A program made the position numbers and the translations under genes. 54,466 bases of DNA from a candidate division WOR-3 bacterium UBA2202. Its GTDB lineage: Bacteria > Hydrothermota > 32-111. This document shows positions 54,396-54,466 of this stretch, piece after piece. Numbering within the stretch: the first letter of the stretch is position 1; each line of letters begins with the position of its first letter. The DNA lies in the NCBI GenBank assembly GCA_002327905.1, contig DCUY01000105.1, positions 1 to 54,466 on the forward strand. The letters run 5' to 3'. The notes under the pieces were generated by a model. It was not told the DNA's origin, did no database searches, and worked only from the letters and a program-made list of their open reading frames with translations.

Positions 54396-54466
54396 TGGGG
54401 AGTCGTCCAACGGCAGGACTCATGGCTCTGGATCATGCTATCGGGGTTCGAATCCCTGCTCCCCAG
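54396..54466 (+). tRNA. tRNA-Gln (anticodon CTG); the window ends at the discriminator base
   Basis: Hand fold: acceptor TGGGGAG/CTCCCCA with a U1-A72 pair, anticodon stem CATGG/TCATG with loop CTCTGGA, T arm CGGGG-TTCGAAT-CCCTG, G73. Confidence 0.85.

Overview
All calls below come from reading the sequence and ORF translations by eye; no database search or computation was run. The window is a gene-dense, low-GC bacterial chromosomal segment with 47 protein genes (42 on the + strand) and 3 tRNAs. Many genes are translationally coupled through ATGA/TAATG stop-start overlaps. Most of it is housekeeping: aminotransferase, obg, dprA, scpB, rluB, ugd, glnA, typA, rpmB, truB, ribF, rpsO, pnp, dut, purN, lnt and gltX. 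Two proteins end in type-A T9SS C-terminal sorting domains: a C25 gingipain-like peptidase and a 1981-aa lipase-type multidomain protein. A PorV-like barrel, a CRD+OmpA protein and frequent Gln at signal-peptide +1 add to this picture. Together they suggest a T9SS-bearing member of the FCB-type lineages, but this is inference only.

The most unusual region is an AT-rich accessory island at about 24.0-31.5 kb. It holds a triplicated two-gene cassette: a predicted outer-membrane beta-barrel (A) followed by a small secreted partner (B). In the third copy, the B module forms the N-terminus of the giant T9SS cargo. I could not assign either family to a named one.

Other notable items:
- a secreted protein with 14+27 consecutive Gly-Asn-Asn repeats
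- a RAYT/IS200-like HUH transposase gene bracketed by perfect 24-bp inverted repeats next to tRNA-Ser
- a Spy-like/Spy-like/ECF sigma/ZAS anti-sigma module upstream of the C25 peptidase
- a translationally coupled acyltransferase-GT4-deacetylase-UbiA-GT operon
- gltX followed directly by tRNA-Glu(CUC) and tRNA-Gln(CUG)
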